Positions 1 to 10,293 of a stretch of 64,000 bases of DNA are shown here, piece by piece; positions within the stretch are counted from its first letter, which is position 1; each line of letters opens with the position of its first letter. The position numbers were made by a program, and so were the translations under genes. The notes under the pieces were generated by a model. It saw only the letters and a program-made list of their open reading frames with translations. It made no database searches and was not told the DNA's origin. The stretch is from Prevotella sp. (GTDB lineage Bacteria; Bacteroidota; Bacteroidia; Bacteroidales; Dysgonomonadaceae): the NCBI GenBank assembly GCA_031285625.1, contig JAITVV010000071.1, forward strand, positions 1 through 64,000, read 5' to 3'.

Positions 1-266
1 ACATTGAAGCGAGGCGCAAAAGCATTTTTGGTTCCTTTTTTTGATTTGGAAAAAAGGAACACAAGCAATCTGTGATTGCGCGTAGTATAATTGAATTGAA
101 CATATAATTCTAACTACCGGTTCACATAATTTCAATAGATAATTGTTGCAAAATATTAAATGCGTCTCTTTGGTATGAACGGTATATAGGTGCATTCTTA
201 ATGGTTGCATAAACAACAAATATTTGATAATCAGATAGATAAAAATAATATTTTAACATGGTTTCT

Positions 267-296
267 TTTGAAACTAATATATTCCTTATACCTTTG
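267..296 (+). promoter_or_regulatory. Bacteroidetes primary-sigma promoter (TTTG ... TAnnTTTG)
   Basis: TTTG at 267-270 and TACCTTTG at 289-296, 27 nt before ATG 324. Confidence 0.55.
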
Positions 297-323
297 TGCC
301 CTGTTTTAATTAATTTTTGCAAA

Positions 324-1748
324 ATGAACAAGAAAAAATCGCTGGCAATAGCCATACTAACTTTATGCAATGCCTCGTTTGCCTTCGCCGGAGGTATATT
401 GACTAATACCAATCAAAGTGCAAGATTTGCCCGGCTAATGGCTTTGGAAGCCACTACTACAACTGATGCAGCATATTATAACCCGGCTGGGACTATAAAG
501 CTTAGCGAAGGTTTTCACTTTTCTTTTAGTAATCAAAGTGCATTCCAGGAAAGAATTATAAATTCTACATTTGCTCCTTATACAGGTTCCGGAGGAAGTG
601 CTTTCAAACAGTTTAAAGGTACTGCCTCTGCCCCGATTATTCCTTCATTGCAGGCTGTGTATAGAAAAGGTGATTGGGCTCTATCCGGAAGCCTTGCTGT
701 TGTTGGAGGCGGTGGAAAGGCTACATTCAATGATGGTATTTCTATGTTTGAAGCTCCAATTGCAGCAATTCCTCCTACTATGCAGCAATTTGCCGGATCG
801 CTAGGTCTCCCGTTGACTTGCGATCAGTATGCGTATGATACATATATGACAGGAACAAATTATATATTTGGGGGACAGATCGGTGGAACTTACAAGATTA
901 ATGATATGTTTTCTGTTTATGCGGGTTTCAGATTAAATATTGTTCATAATAAATATGAAGGTTATATCAGAGATATTAAGATTAATCCGAATTCTCAAAT
1001 GCCGGGATTAGGCAATGGAGATATGGTAAACGCTTCTGAGTATTTTACTCAGTTGTCAGGTAATCCGATGTTGAATGAGGAACAGCAAAATATGTTAAAG
1101 GCCTATGCTACTTCTACGGCCGATAAAGAACTGAATTCAAAGCAATCAGGCTGGGGTGTCGCCCCTATCTTAGGTGTACATTTCTCTTATGCCGGCTTAA
1201 ATATTGGCGCGAAATATGAATTTAGGACTAGTCTGAATGTTGAAAATAAGACTCAATTTAATAAAGATGCAGGGTTGGATTCATTTAAAGACGGTGTAAA
1301 TACTGCACATGATGTACCTGCTTATTTTGCAATAGGAGCATCTTATGATATTATTAAACCTCTGACAGTAAATATCGGATATCATCATTTCTTTGATAAA
1401 GATGCAGATATGGCAGGAGAAAAACAAAAACATCTGACTGGGGGAACCAATGAATATTTAGCCGGTGTCGAATATCGTATCAATCCTATGTTCCTGGTAA
1501 GTATGGGTGGACAAATAACAAGATATGGATTAGCTGATGGTTTTCAATCTGATTTAAGTTTTTCCGTAAATTCATATTCTTTGGGCTTTGGTGGTGCAGT
1601 AAATGTATCTAAAAATGTTCAAATAAATGTAGGATATTTCTTCACAGATTATTCAGATTACAAGATGGCAGATATTGAAGGTAGCCCTTCAACATCATAT
1701 ACAAGAAAGAATAAAGTATTTACAGCTGGAGTGGATTTCTCTTTCTGA
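324..1748 (+). CDS. FadL/OmpP1-like outer-membrane beta-barrel transporter
   Basis: Signal peptide after MNKKK; 'DAAYYNPAG' FadL-family motif; C-terminal Phe (VDFSF). Start moved to ATG 324 because a TACCTTTG promoter element lies at 289-296. Confidence 0.75.
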   Translation: MNKKKSLAIAILTLCNASFAFAGGILTNTNQSARFARLMALEATTTTDAAYYNPAGTIKLSEGFHFSFSNQSAFQERIINSTFAPYTGSGGSAFKQFKGTASAPIIPSLQAVYRKGDWALSGSLAVVGGGGKATFNDGISMFEAPIAAIPPTMQQFAGSLGLPLTCDQYAYDTYMTGTNYIFGGQIGGTYKINDMFSVYAGFRLNIVHNKYEGYIRDIKINPNSQMPGLGNGDMVNASEYFTQLSGNPMLNEEQQNMLKAYATSTADKELNSKQSGWGVAPILGVHFSYAGLNIGAKYEFRTSLNVENKTQFNKDAGLDSFKDGVNTAHDVPAYFAIGASYDIIKPLTVNIGYHHFFDKDADMAGEKQKHLTGGTNEYLAGVEYRINPMFLVSMGGQITRYGLADGFQSDLSFSVNSYSLGFGGAVNVSKNVQINVGYFFTDYSDYKMADIEGSPSTSYTRKNKVFTAGVDFSF

Positions 1749-1764
1749 AAAAAGACAGATTTAT

Positions 1765-1799
1765 AAAAATACCCGGTGTAGTACACCGGGTATTTTTTT
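1765..1799. terminator. Bidirectional intrinsic terminator
   Basis: AAAAATACCCGGTGTA-G-TACACCGGGTATTTTTTT between convergent genes. Confidence 0.85.
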
Positions 1800-1830
1800 A
1801 TCTAACAATAAGCCCATCAACTGTTTGTTA

Positions 1831-2409
1831 TTATAATATGTAAAGTTTATTCTCTAATATGTAATCATAAACATCATCCTGCAAAAAAGCCCGCACATCT
1901 TTTCCCTTAGCGAGGCTCTCTCTTATAAAGGTAGAAGAAACATCAATAATAGGCGAGTCTAATGCCTCGACACAATGCTTTAACTTATCCGGGATCATAA
2001 TATGTGAACCTAAGCGTGGATAAATCTTTAGTTTACAGTTCTCCAGAATCTTATCATTATCCTTCCAGTTTCCGAATAGATTCCAGTTATCTGCACCAAT
2101 AATCAGAGTGAATTGATGCTCAGGATATGTTTTTTGTAAAGTATTAAGTGTATTTATAGTATAAGATGGTCTGGTCAAGGAGAATTCAAAATTGCTAGCT
2201 TTTAACTTCGAATATTTCTCTAAGGCTATTTCTGCCATTTCAAATCGTATATCTTCATCCAAGAGTTCTTTTTCTGATTTCAGCGGGTTACGGGGGCTAA
2301 CAAGAAACCATACTTCTTCTATCTCCGTAAATTCTACAATGTAGTTTGCCAAGATCAAATGTCCTACATGAATAGGATTGAAAGAACCTGAAAATATACC
2401 TATATTCAT
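1831..2409 (-). CDS. nadD: Nicotinate-nucleotide adenylyltransferase
   Basis: GSFNPIHVGH (HxGH) motif, SYTINTL, VSSTFIR. Confidence 0.95.
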   Translation of the reverse strand: MNIGIFSGSFNPIHVGHLILANYIVEFTEIEEVWFLVSPRNPLKSEKELLDEDIRFEMAEIALEKYSKLKASNFEFSLTRPSYTINTLNTLQKTYPEHQFTLIIGADNWNLFGNWKDNDKILENCKLKIYPRLGSHIMIPDKLKHCVEALDSPIIDVSSTFIRESLAKGKDVRAFLQDDVYDYILENKLYIL

Positions 2410-2969
2410 TTTGCAAGAAAATCCGTGACTACTTTCAATGCTTTTGCTTTCGCTTCTTCAAGATTATCATTCTTTATAATAACATCAAACTGAGGAGCAA
2501 ATGTCATTTCATGTTCCGCCTTTTCAATACGGGCTTCAATTACCTCAAGTGAGTCAGTACCTCTTTTTATCAGGCGCTCACGAAGTTCCTCTACTGATGG
2601 CGGTTCTATGAAAACTGATAAAGCTTTATCTCCATAATATTTCTTTATATTGCATCCCCCTACTACATCAACATCAAAAATAACGTTTCCACCGCCATTT
2701 ATTATTCTTTCTACTTCAGACTTGAGTGTTCCGTAAAATTTATCTTTATACACCTCTTCATATTCAAGAAATTCTTCGTTATCAATTTTTGAACGAAATT
2801 CTTCGGGTGTATGAAAATAATACTCTACCCCATGTTGCTCTTCGCCGCGAGGCAGACGGCTCGTTGCCGAAATAGAAAATTTCAAATTCAGATTCTGAGA
2901 AAGTAAATAATTTACGATTGTAGATTTACCGGCACCCGATGGAGCCGAGAATATAATTAATTTACCCAT
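2406..2969 (-). CDS. gmk: Guanylate kinase
   Basis: SAPSGAGKST P-loop, SATSRLPR, YGT; overlaps nadD start. Confidence 0.97.
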   Translation of the reverse strand: MGKLIIFSAPSGAGKSTIVNYLLSQNLNLKFSISATSRLPRGEEQHGVEYYFHTPEEFRSKIDNEEFLEYEEVYKDKFYGTLKSEVERIINGGGNVIFDVDVVGGCNIKKYYGDKALSVFIEPPSVEELRERLIKRGTDSLEVIEARIEKAEHEMTFAPQFDVIIKNDNLEEAKAKALKVVTDFLAK

Positions 2970-2984
2970 TCTACCGATATTTTC

Positions 2985-3860
2985 TTACAATACATTTAGT
3001 ACCTGCTCCTTTATCTGCTCCAGTTCATCTTTCATGCGGACAACAACCTGCTGCATTTCGGCATGATTCGATTTTGAGCCCATTGTATTTACTTCACGAC
3101 CTATCTCCTGGGCTATAAAACCAAGTTTTTTACCTTGCCCCGATGAGCCTGAATTCAGGGTTTCCAGAAAATATTTGAGATGATTACTTAATCTGCTTTT
3201 CTCTTCATTGATATCAAGTTTTTCGATATAGTAAATCATTTCTTGTTCAAATCGATTCTTATCATAATCGAAGTCTTCTATTTTATGTAAAGCTTCTGTT
3301 ATCCGTCCTTTTATTTTTTCTACTCTTTCTGCCTCGTATGGCTCTATATCTGTCAATAGAGTTGAAATATTCGCTATCTTCTCTTCAAAAAGTTTCTGAA
3401 GCATAGCACCTTCTTGTTTACGGAAAGCAAAAAGCTGGCTTATTGCCTCATTAATGACTTTCGATACGGCATTCCATTCTTCCTCATCTACTTCCTGAGC
3501 TTCATACTTTAATACATCCGGTAAGCGAAGTAAGACCTGAAACCAGTCTTGAGGCACTTCAACTCCCAAATTTTCAGCCGACTCTTTTATTTGTTTGTAA
3601 TATCCCTCCACTATATTCTGATTGAGCTGAGTTGCAGTCTCATTACCTATATTTTCCACATAGATAAGAAAGTCTACTTTTCCGCGTTCTAATTGACGGG
3701 ATAGCAAGTTACGAACACCCATTTCATGTTCTTTATATAAGTTAGGCATGCGCACCGACAGATCAAGTTGTTTACTATTCAGGGATTTTACTTCTACGGT
3801 AACCTTCCTTTTGTGGAGTTCGACGGAAGCTTTACCAAAGCCGGTCATAGATTGTATCAT
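2985..3860 (-). CDS. yicC: YicC/YloC family endoribonuclease
   Basis: MIQSMTGFG N-terminus, GKKLGFIAQEIGREVNTMGSK, EQIKEQVLNVL; conventional position upstream of gmk. Confidence 0.92.
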   Translation of the reverse strand: MIQSMTGFGKASVELHKRKVTVEVKSLNSKQLDLSVRMPNLYKEHEMGVRNLLSRQLERGKVDFLIYVENIGNETATQLNQNIVEGYYKQIKESAENLGVEVPQDWFQVLLRLPDVLKYEAQEVDEEEWNAVSKVINEAISQLFAFRKQEGAMLQKLFEEKIANISTLLTDIEPYEAERVEKIKGRITEALHKIEDFDYDKNRFEQEMIYYIEKLDINEEKSRLSNHLKYFLETLNSGSSGQGKKLGFIAQEIGREVNTMGSKSNHAEMQQVVVRMKDELEQIKEQVLNVL

Positions 3861-3993
3861 ACTGTTATTTTTTATTTTAGTTACAAAAATAAACAAATTA
3901 TCATGCCATGGTCAACTTTAGGGGATTAAACTGCGTTATTCATAAGTAAACATTTATTTTTGTATATTGTTAAAATATAAAACAAACATATTT

Positions 3994-4356
3994 ATGATAC
4001 CAATACTTTTTTTACAATACCCAAAATGCGGCACTTGCCAAAAAGCAGCTAAATGGCTCAAAGAAAATAACATAAATGTTGATAGCAGAGATATATCAAA
4101 AGAGAATCCGACAAAGGAAGAGTTATCTGTATGGATCAGAAAAAGTGGACTACCTATATCCAAGTTTTTCAATACATCAGGCAAAATATATAAAGAGAAT
4201 AATCTGAAAGAAAAGGTAAAGACTGCTTCTGAAAGTGAATTAACAGATATTCTCTCATCTAACGGGATGGTTGTAAAACGTCCTATTATTGCTACCAAAG
4301 ATTTCGTTCTCGTTGGATTCAACGAGGAAGAATGGGCCAATAAGCTGAAAAAATAG
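3994..4356 (+). CDS. ArsC/Spx/MgsR family protein
   Basis: YPKCGTCQKA CxxC, FFNTSG, MVVKRP. Confidence 0.85.
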   Translation: MIPILFLQYPKCGTCQKAAKWLKENNINVDSRDISKENPTKEELSVWIRKSGLPISKFFNTSGKIYKENNLKEKVKTASESELTDILSSNGMVVKRPIIATKDFVLVGFNEEEWANKLKK

Positions 4357-4360
4357 TTAC

Positions 4361-7300
4361 ATGGAGGAAACCAACGAAATTATAAGCACACCTGAAGAAC
4401 AGCCTAAGAAAAAAAATATAATCAAAAGGCTTCTAAAAATTCTTCTGTACATAATTCTATCATTGATAGGACTAAATGTGCTTTTATTTATACTACTCTC
4501 TATTCCGGCTGTACAACAGAAAGTAGCCGATTTTGCAGTAAATGAATTAAAAACAAAATTAAATACCGAAATAGCCATAGAAGAGGTGCGTCTTAAGCTA
4601 TTCAATCATGCAACCCTCAAAGGCATTTATATAGAAGATCAGGCAAAAGATACACTACTGTATGCTCAATCTTTGGATGTGACTCTCAGCCCCTGGGAAT
4701 TTATAAAAAGCAATACACTGGCAATAACAAGTATCACTGCCGATGATTTTTTAATAAATGCAACCCAGAAAGACAGTATTAGTGATTTCAATTTTCAATT
4801 TATCATAGATGCATTTGCCGGAGATACTGCACAGGTTGATACTACTAAAAGCTCTCTGATAGTTAAAATAGAAGATGTAAATCTGAAAAGAGGCCGTATA
4901 AACTATGATGTTTTATCAGATTCTGTAACTCCTCATTTATTTAATGCATCCCACATATCGTTATACGATGTTACTGCAAACCTAGATTTAAACTCTATTG
5001 ATACTGACAAACTCGATATTGATTTGAAGAGTCTTTCAGTAAAAGAAAGAACTGGAATAATAATTGAAGAGTTGAAAGGCCATGTTTTCTCAGATAAATC
5101 TCAATATTGGGTCGACAATCTTTCTATTAACTTACCGAACTCACACCTGATAACAACTAATGCCAGATATAACTTATCTACAGACGAATTTGAGATCGGT
5201 ACAGAAGACACGGAAATATCCCCACAGGACTTGTTGAGCTTTCTTCCTAATCTGAAATTTCTGAAGAATAACATCACATTAAATACAAATATAAAAGGAA
5301 AATTACCACTGATCGATATCGAAAATATAAATTTCGCCTATGGCAAGGATGCAGAACTGATTGGCAAAGCATCCATTTCAAGTTATGAGAGTTATGGAAG
5401 CGCCGATATTAATCTTTCTATTGATAAATTCAAGGCTACGACCTCTGCCATCACGTCATTTGCCAAACTAGGCGATTCTACCTTTATCACCCCCGATATA
5501 CTAAGGGATATGGGAGATATATTTCTGAAAGGGAAAGTAAATGGACGATTAGATAAATTCAAGCTAGATGCAGAGGCCTGGTGCAAACAAGGGTTGATCT
5601 CTGCAGTTGCAACAGGAGGGACAGACAGTACTTTTTCTAAATATAATGTCATAGCCGATCTTAATACACAGAACTTTAATCTTGGTAAATTATTAGGAGA
5701 CACAATAGGACTTGGCCGTTTATCAGCACATATTGATTTAAGAGCAAAAGGTGAAAATGAATCTTTAATAGCGCAGGCTCAAGGCACAATCAACGCAATA
5801 GACTATGAACAGGATACATTTAGAAATATCCCTTTTGATGCATATTATAATCCATCTGAAATGGGGCTTACAACAAATGCGAACCTTCCGATAGGAAAAG
5901 TATATGCAAAAGCAAGTATGTCACAAGCCAGGGTTCCGGATATTAATGTACAGCTCAGAGTAGACACATTACATGTAGATCATTTCTATAAAGATGAGAA
6001 CTGGATCAATCCACGCCTTTCATTAGTTATGAATGGAAATATTAAAGGCTTGGATATAGACAATATGACAGGGAAGGCAACTATTGACAGTCTTGACCTG
6101 CATGATGCCAATTTTAGCTTCAAGCCCGGTAAATTCACTCTGGAAGCAGGTAGAAAAGCAGAAAATGATAAGTTTATAAGCCTGACATCTTCTCTCATCA
6201 CTGCAAACATTGCCGGACAATATACATTTATGTCACTTGCTGATGAGTTTACCAACCTGATGCACAACTATCTTCCTGCTGTCTTCCAGCAAACCAAACG
6301 GGTAAAGAATGATCAGAACAACTTCTCATTCAGCCTGGCTGCCAATAATACAGAAGAACTTGGTAAAATACTATCCTTGCCCGTAGATGTTATTCTTCCT
6401 GCAAACATAACCGGACGTACAAATACAATTGATAAACAGATCACAGCTAAGGGAAATATTCCGCATATCCGGTATGGGGAATACGATATAAAAAATACGG
6501 TTATTGATATAGCTAATGTCGATTCGGCTTTTAATATATCATTGGTAAGCGGAGTATTGATGGAAAACGGAGTATATAATTTATCTCTGAATATAAACGG
6601 TGCAGACAATATGATGCATGCCATTACTAAAATAACGAGTGATAAAACAAATATAAATATCGATGGAGGTATAGAGGCACTGGCACAATTCAGCCTGGAT
6701 GAAAAGGATGAACTCATATCATCCCTGAAAGTAGAACCATCGGACATTATGATTGATAAACTGGCTCTTAATCTATTGCCTGCCGAAGTCTGGAACAAAG
6801 GGAAACGGACAGAGTTGCATAATGTAGGTTTAGGCGTGAACAAGAAAAAATATTTCAGTATGGATGGAGTCATCTCCGACCAGAATACAGATAGTTTAAG
6901 TGCATCATTTACCCATGCCGAAATAGGGGATCTATTGGAAGCTTTTGATATAAAAAACATCCGAGGATGTATTCATGGGGATGTATTGCTTACCAATATA
7001 TTAGGCCAACCGGAACTGTATACACGGAACTTGGAGATGGCAGACATTGTGATATTTGGAGATACCTTGGGCACAATGAATATCGACAGTCAATGGAGTG
7101 ATGAGTTTGGAGGTGTACGCATGGATGCTGCCTTGCATAAGGGTGACCAAAGTCTGGCGGAAATAGACGGGACAGTATATACCAATCAGGATTCACTGGA
7201 TCTTCAGTTACGGATGCAGCAAATGCCATTGAAATGGATGCAACCTTTTGTCGCCGACATGCTGAATAAGGTTGATGGCAGCCTCAGTACCAACCTGATG

Positions 7301-8953
7301 ATAGAGGGCAGCACAAAAGCACCTAAGTTGAGAGGATTCCTCGGATTTAACGATACACAAATAGGTATAGACTATACTAATGTAGTTTATACGATATCAG
7401 ATACAATCCGTATCAGCCCCGACAGAATCGGGTTTGACAATCTAACACTAAAGGATAGCAGAGGCAACACAGCAAGTGTAAATGCGACAGTTACACATAA
7501 GAATTTCAACGATATGAAATATTCTCTGAATATGCAGATGAGAAACCTTATGGTACTGAATACCCAGCACCGCACCGACAGCCTTTTCTACGGACGAGTA
7601 TATGCAACAGGGAATGTAAGAATCAATGGGGACGAGCAGAATATAAATATGAATATGCAGATAAAGAATGACAAAAATTCTATTCTGAATATTTTATTAC
7701 CTCAACACTCCGAAGCTTCCGATTATAAAAGTGTGGTATACATAAATGTACCTGAGGAAAAATTAAAGAATGACCTCAAAAATCTAGTACAAACCAAAGA
7801 TGAATCTTTACCAATAAAATTGAATATAAAACTGGACGTTACTCAGGATATTCAGTTGGGAGTAGTTATAGACCAGGCTACAGGAGATGAAATGCATGCC
7901 AAAGGAGCAGGAACAATTACGTTCTCATATGACATGGCCACCGAAAATATGGCTGCCTATGGAGACTATACACTCACCGATGGAAATGTAAAACTGAATC
8001 TGCAAGGAATAAAGAAACTAGACTTTAAAATACAAGATGGCAGTAAACTCTATTTTGTAGGAGATCCACTGAAAACAAAATTTAATATAACCGCATACCG
8101 AAGAGTAAGGGCCAACTTAGCATCTCTGGATAATAGTTTCACAGCTGAAGGCACGTCAAAGGTAGATGTAGACTGTATATTAGGCATAACCGGAAATATG
8201 GATAAGATGGAGGTAACATATAACATTAGTCTTCCGGGGGCTGACGATGACACTCAACGGAAGGTAAACAGTCTTATTAGTACCGATGAACAAAAGATCA
8301 GACAATTTGCATCACTGGTGGCAACAGGCTCTTTCTATTCCAGTATGGGCAATAGTGGAGTGAATTTTACCAATGGACTCTGGACAAGCCTCGCTTCCAG
8401 TACTCTTTCAGCCGGATTAACCTCATTGGTAGGAAGTATGCTGGGTGATCAATGGCAGATCGGAGCCAATATAGAATCTGATGACGGCTCTTTCTCCGAT
8501 ATGGATATGAGTGTAAATGTTTCACGTAAATTCCTTGATGATAGATTGAAATTCAATACTAACGTTGGTTATAGAACCAGTCAAACAACGACATCGGAAA
8601 ATTCATTTATAGGAGACTTCGATTTGGAATACCAATTAAATCCGGTATGGACACTTAAAGCATATAGCCATACCAATGATCAATTCTACCGACAAGCTCC
8701 AACCACACAAGGCATAGGTATTGTATATAGCAAAGAGGCTGCGACTCTGAAACGCTTGTTCCAGTCTTTCAAACCAAGAAGACGTAGGACTGTACAAGTT
8801 ACAGATTCAACCAGAACTCAAATACCAAATGATTCTATGCAGGTCCAGGTACCACAGATAACAGGCGATTCCACGCAGACCCGTATACCAAACGACTCTA
8901 CTCAATTGAAGATCGTAAAACAGCCTGCGATTAATGACGAAAAGAAAAAATAA
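4361..8953 (+). CDS. Translocation/assembly module TamB (AsmA-like) protein
   Basis: 1530 aa, N-terminal TM anchor, beta-rich body, C-terminal DUF490-like region (GDFDLEY, QGIGIVY). Confidence 0.8.
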   Translation: MEETNEIISTPEEQPKKKNIIKRLLKILLYIILSLIGLNVLLFILLSIPAVQQKVADFAVNELKTKLNTEIAIEEVRLKLFNHATLKGIYIEDQAKDTLLYAQSLDVTLSPWEFIKSNTLAITSITADDFLINATQKDSISDFNFQFIIDAFAGDTAQVDTTKSSLIVKIEDVNLKRGRINYDVLSDSVTPHLFNASHISLYDVTANLDLNSIDTDKLDIDLKSLSVKERTGIIIEELKGHVFSDKSQYWVDNLSINLPNSHLITTNARYNLSTDEFEIGTEDTEISPQDLLSFLPNLKFLKNNITLNTNIKGKLPLIDIENINFAYGKDAELIGKASISSYESYGSADINLSIDKFKATTSAITSFAKLGDSTFITPDILRDMGDIFLKGKVNGRLDKFKLDAEAWCKQGLISAVATGGTDSTFSKYNVIADLNTQNFNLGKLLGDTIGLGRLSAHIDLRAKGENESLIAQAQGTINAIDYEQDTFRNIPFDAYYNPSEMGLTTNANLPIGKVYAKASMSQARVPDINVQLRVDTLHVDHFYKDENWINPRLSLVMNGNIKGLDIDNMTGKATIDSLDLHDANFSFKPGKFTLEAGRKAENDKFISLTSSLITANIAGQYTFMSLADEFTNLMHNYLPAVFQQTKRVKNDQNNFSFSLAANNTEELGKILSLPVDVILPANITGRTNTIDKQITAKGNIPHIRYGEYDIKNTVIDIANVDSAFNISLVSGVLMENGVYNLSLNINGADNMMHAITKITSDKTNINIDGGIEALAQFSLDEKDELISSLKVEPSDIMIDKLALNLLPAEVWNKGKRTELHNVGLGVNKKKYFSMDGVISDQNTDSLSASFTHAEIGDLLEAFDIKNIRGCIHGDVLLTNILGQPELYTRNLEMADIVIFGDTLGTMNIDSQWSDEFGGVRMDAALHKGDQSLAEIDGTVYTNQDSLDLQLRMQQMPLKWMQPFVADMLNKVDGSLSTNLMIEGSTKAPKLRGFLGFNDTQIGIDYTNVVYTISDTIRISPDRIGFDNLTLKDSRGNTASVNATVTHKNFNDMKYSLNMQMRNLMVLNTQHRTDSLFYGRVYATGNVRINGDEQNINMNMQIKNDKNSILNILLPQHSEASDYKSVVYINVPEEKLKNDLKNLVQTKDESLPIKLNIKLDVTQDIQLGVVIDQATGDEMHAKGAGTITFSYDMATENMAAYGDYTLTDGNVKLNLQGIKKLDFKIQDGSKLYFVGDPLKTKFNITAYRRVRANLASLDNSFTAEGTSKVDVDCILGITGNMDKMEVTYNISLPGADDDTQRKVNSLISTDEQKIRQFASLVATGSFYSSMGNSGVNFTNGLWTSLASSTLSAGLTSLVGSMLGDQWQIGANIESDDGSFSDMDMSVNVSRKFLDDRLKFNTNVGYRTSQTTTSENSFIGDFDLEYQLNPVWTLKAYSHTNDQFYRQAPTTQGIGIVYSKEAATLKRLFQSFKPRRRRTVQVTDSTRTQIPNDSMQVQVPQITGDSTQTRIPNDSTQLKIVKQPAINDEKKK

Positions 8954-8963
8954 TTTCTACCAT

Positions 8964-9003
8964 AAATAAAAAGAGCTCTGAATATTCAGAGCTCTTTTTA
9001 TTT
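8964..9003. terminator. Bidirectional terminator (perfect palindrome)
   Basis: AAATAAAAAGAGCTCTGAATATTCAGAGCTCTTTTTATTT between convergent genes. Confidence 0.85.
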
Positions 9004-10064
9004 TAGTGCAACAATATATCTTTCAGCTTTTGCCTCTTTTCTGGCGTAAGCTTTAATTCATTCAACATATAGTCATCTACAGATCCGCTCTTTTCGCGAA
9101 TACACGATATACCATATTTAAGATAAGCAATATCAGACCTGGAAAGCATGGTAAATGCCTCTTGTCTCGATTCGGACAAGCTATCTGCATTCCTCACCAG
9201 CTTCGACCTGTCGATAGCCAAATCGGAAGCCATATAATCGTCCTCAATCACATCCATAGGAACATCCAGTGCACGTAATAAAAAGTATGTAGCCAAACCT
9301 GATTGATCTTTACCTAAATAACAATGAAAAACTAAAGGATAATTCTTTTCATCACATAAGTAATCAAAAAAAGTTGCATATTGGCTTGCAAAGTTGTTTA
9401 CCATATCGCGATATGTATCCTGAGTATATATAATTGCATCCCCACGGAGAAATTGCCCATCCATTACTTTCTGGGAGATAAGGCTGTACCCGTTATAAGC
9501 TATCGGTATGCGAATATTATTCACTCCGGTAAAGCGTTCCGTGCTTCTCTTCTTCACATCCTCTGATCTCAGGTCTATGAAGGTTTTGATATTTAAACTG
9601 TTCAATTCCAAACTATCATGATTCGTCATCCTGAAAAAGCTTCCCGATCGAAAAACCTTGCCCCAGCGTACACGCTTATTGTCGCTGGATATATAGCCTC
9701 CGATATCTCTAAAGTTCTGAACACTATCCATCTCAAAGAAACGGTTGCTCACTACTTCAGAGAGATTTCCAAGCACCTTGATCCGGAAATATTTACGTCT
9801 CTCAACCGTATCAGACTCATTTTTAATTACAGCAATGTAATCATTTGAATTAACTATCAGCTTTGCACTTGAAGGGAATACACTATCATTATCTGATACA
9901 AATATTTCAACCGGAGTATTATCTACCTCAGGGTATAACTCCCACTTAAGGATATAATTACCCTTCCGATCCTGTTCACATAAGACAGTTACAGTTGTAG
10001 TATTTGATGAACAGTTATAAAGGAATATGATGCTAATTAGAAGACCTAGTAATTTTTTTTTCAT
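9003..10064 (-). CDS. Tyrosine-phosphatase family (Y_phosphatase3) lipoprotein, degenerate P-loop
   Basis: Lipobox-like LYNC; NFRDIGGY, IDLR; P-loop HCYLGKDQSG lacks the CX5R arginine. Confidence 0.8.
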   Translation of the reverse strand: MKKKLLGLLISIIFLYNCSSNTTTVTVLCEQDRKGNYILKWELYPEVDNTPVEIFVSDNDSVFPSSAKLIVNSNDYIAVIKNESDTVERRKYFRIKVLGNLSEVVSNRFFEMDSVQNFRDIGGYISSDNKRVRWGKVFRSGSFFRMTNHDSLELNSLNIKTFIDLRSEDVKKRSTERFTGVNNIRIPIAYNGYSLISQKVMDGQFLRGDAIIYTQDTYRDMVNNFASQYATFFDYLCDEKNYPLVFHCYLGKDQSGLATYFLLRALDVPMDVIEDDYMASDLAIDRSKLVRNADSLSESRQEAFTMLSRSDIAYLKYGISCIREKSGSVDDYMLNELKLTPEKRQKLKDILLH

Positions 10065-10293
10065 AAGAAATAAACACTATTTTTTATATCATCACTTTAA
10101 CAAAGATACATTAGTTCCAAATGCTTATCAATAGTCTGTATCCTTTTTCCGATCATTTACCTTTTTTTCACACTTCAATGCTATTTTTCCATACAGTTGT
10201 AAATATATCAACTAATTGCGTATATTTGTTTTGTTTTATCAAAATCAGGTGTAATCTTACAACCATACAAAAAAAGGAAACCTCTCTTAATAA

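Noticed and set aside
5392-8253. Antisense/alternate-frame ORFs in the track (here and within fhs, uvrA, uvrB, LysM, AraC genes)
   Set aside because: They are shadows of well-supported genes and have no recognisable motifs.
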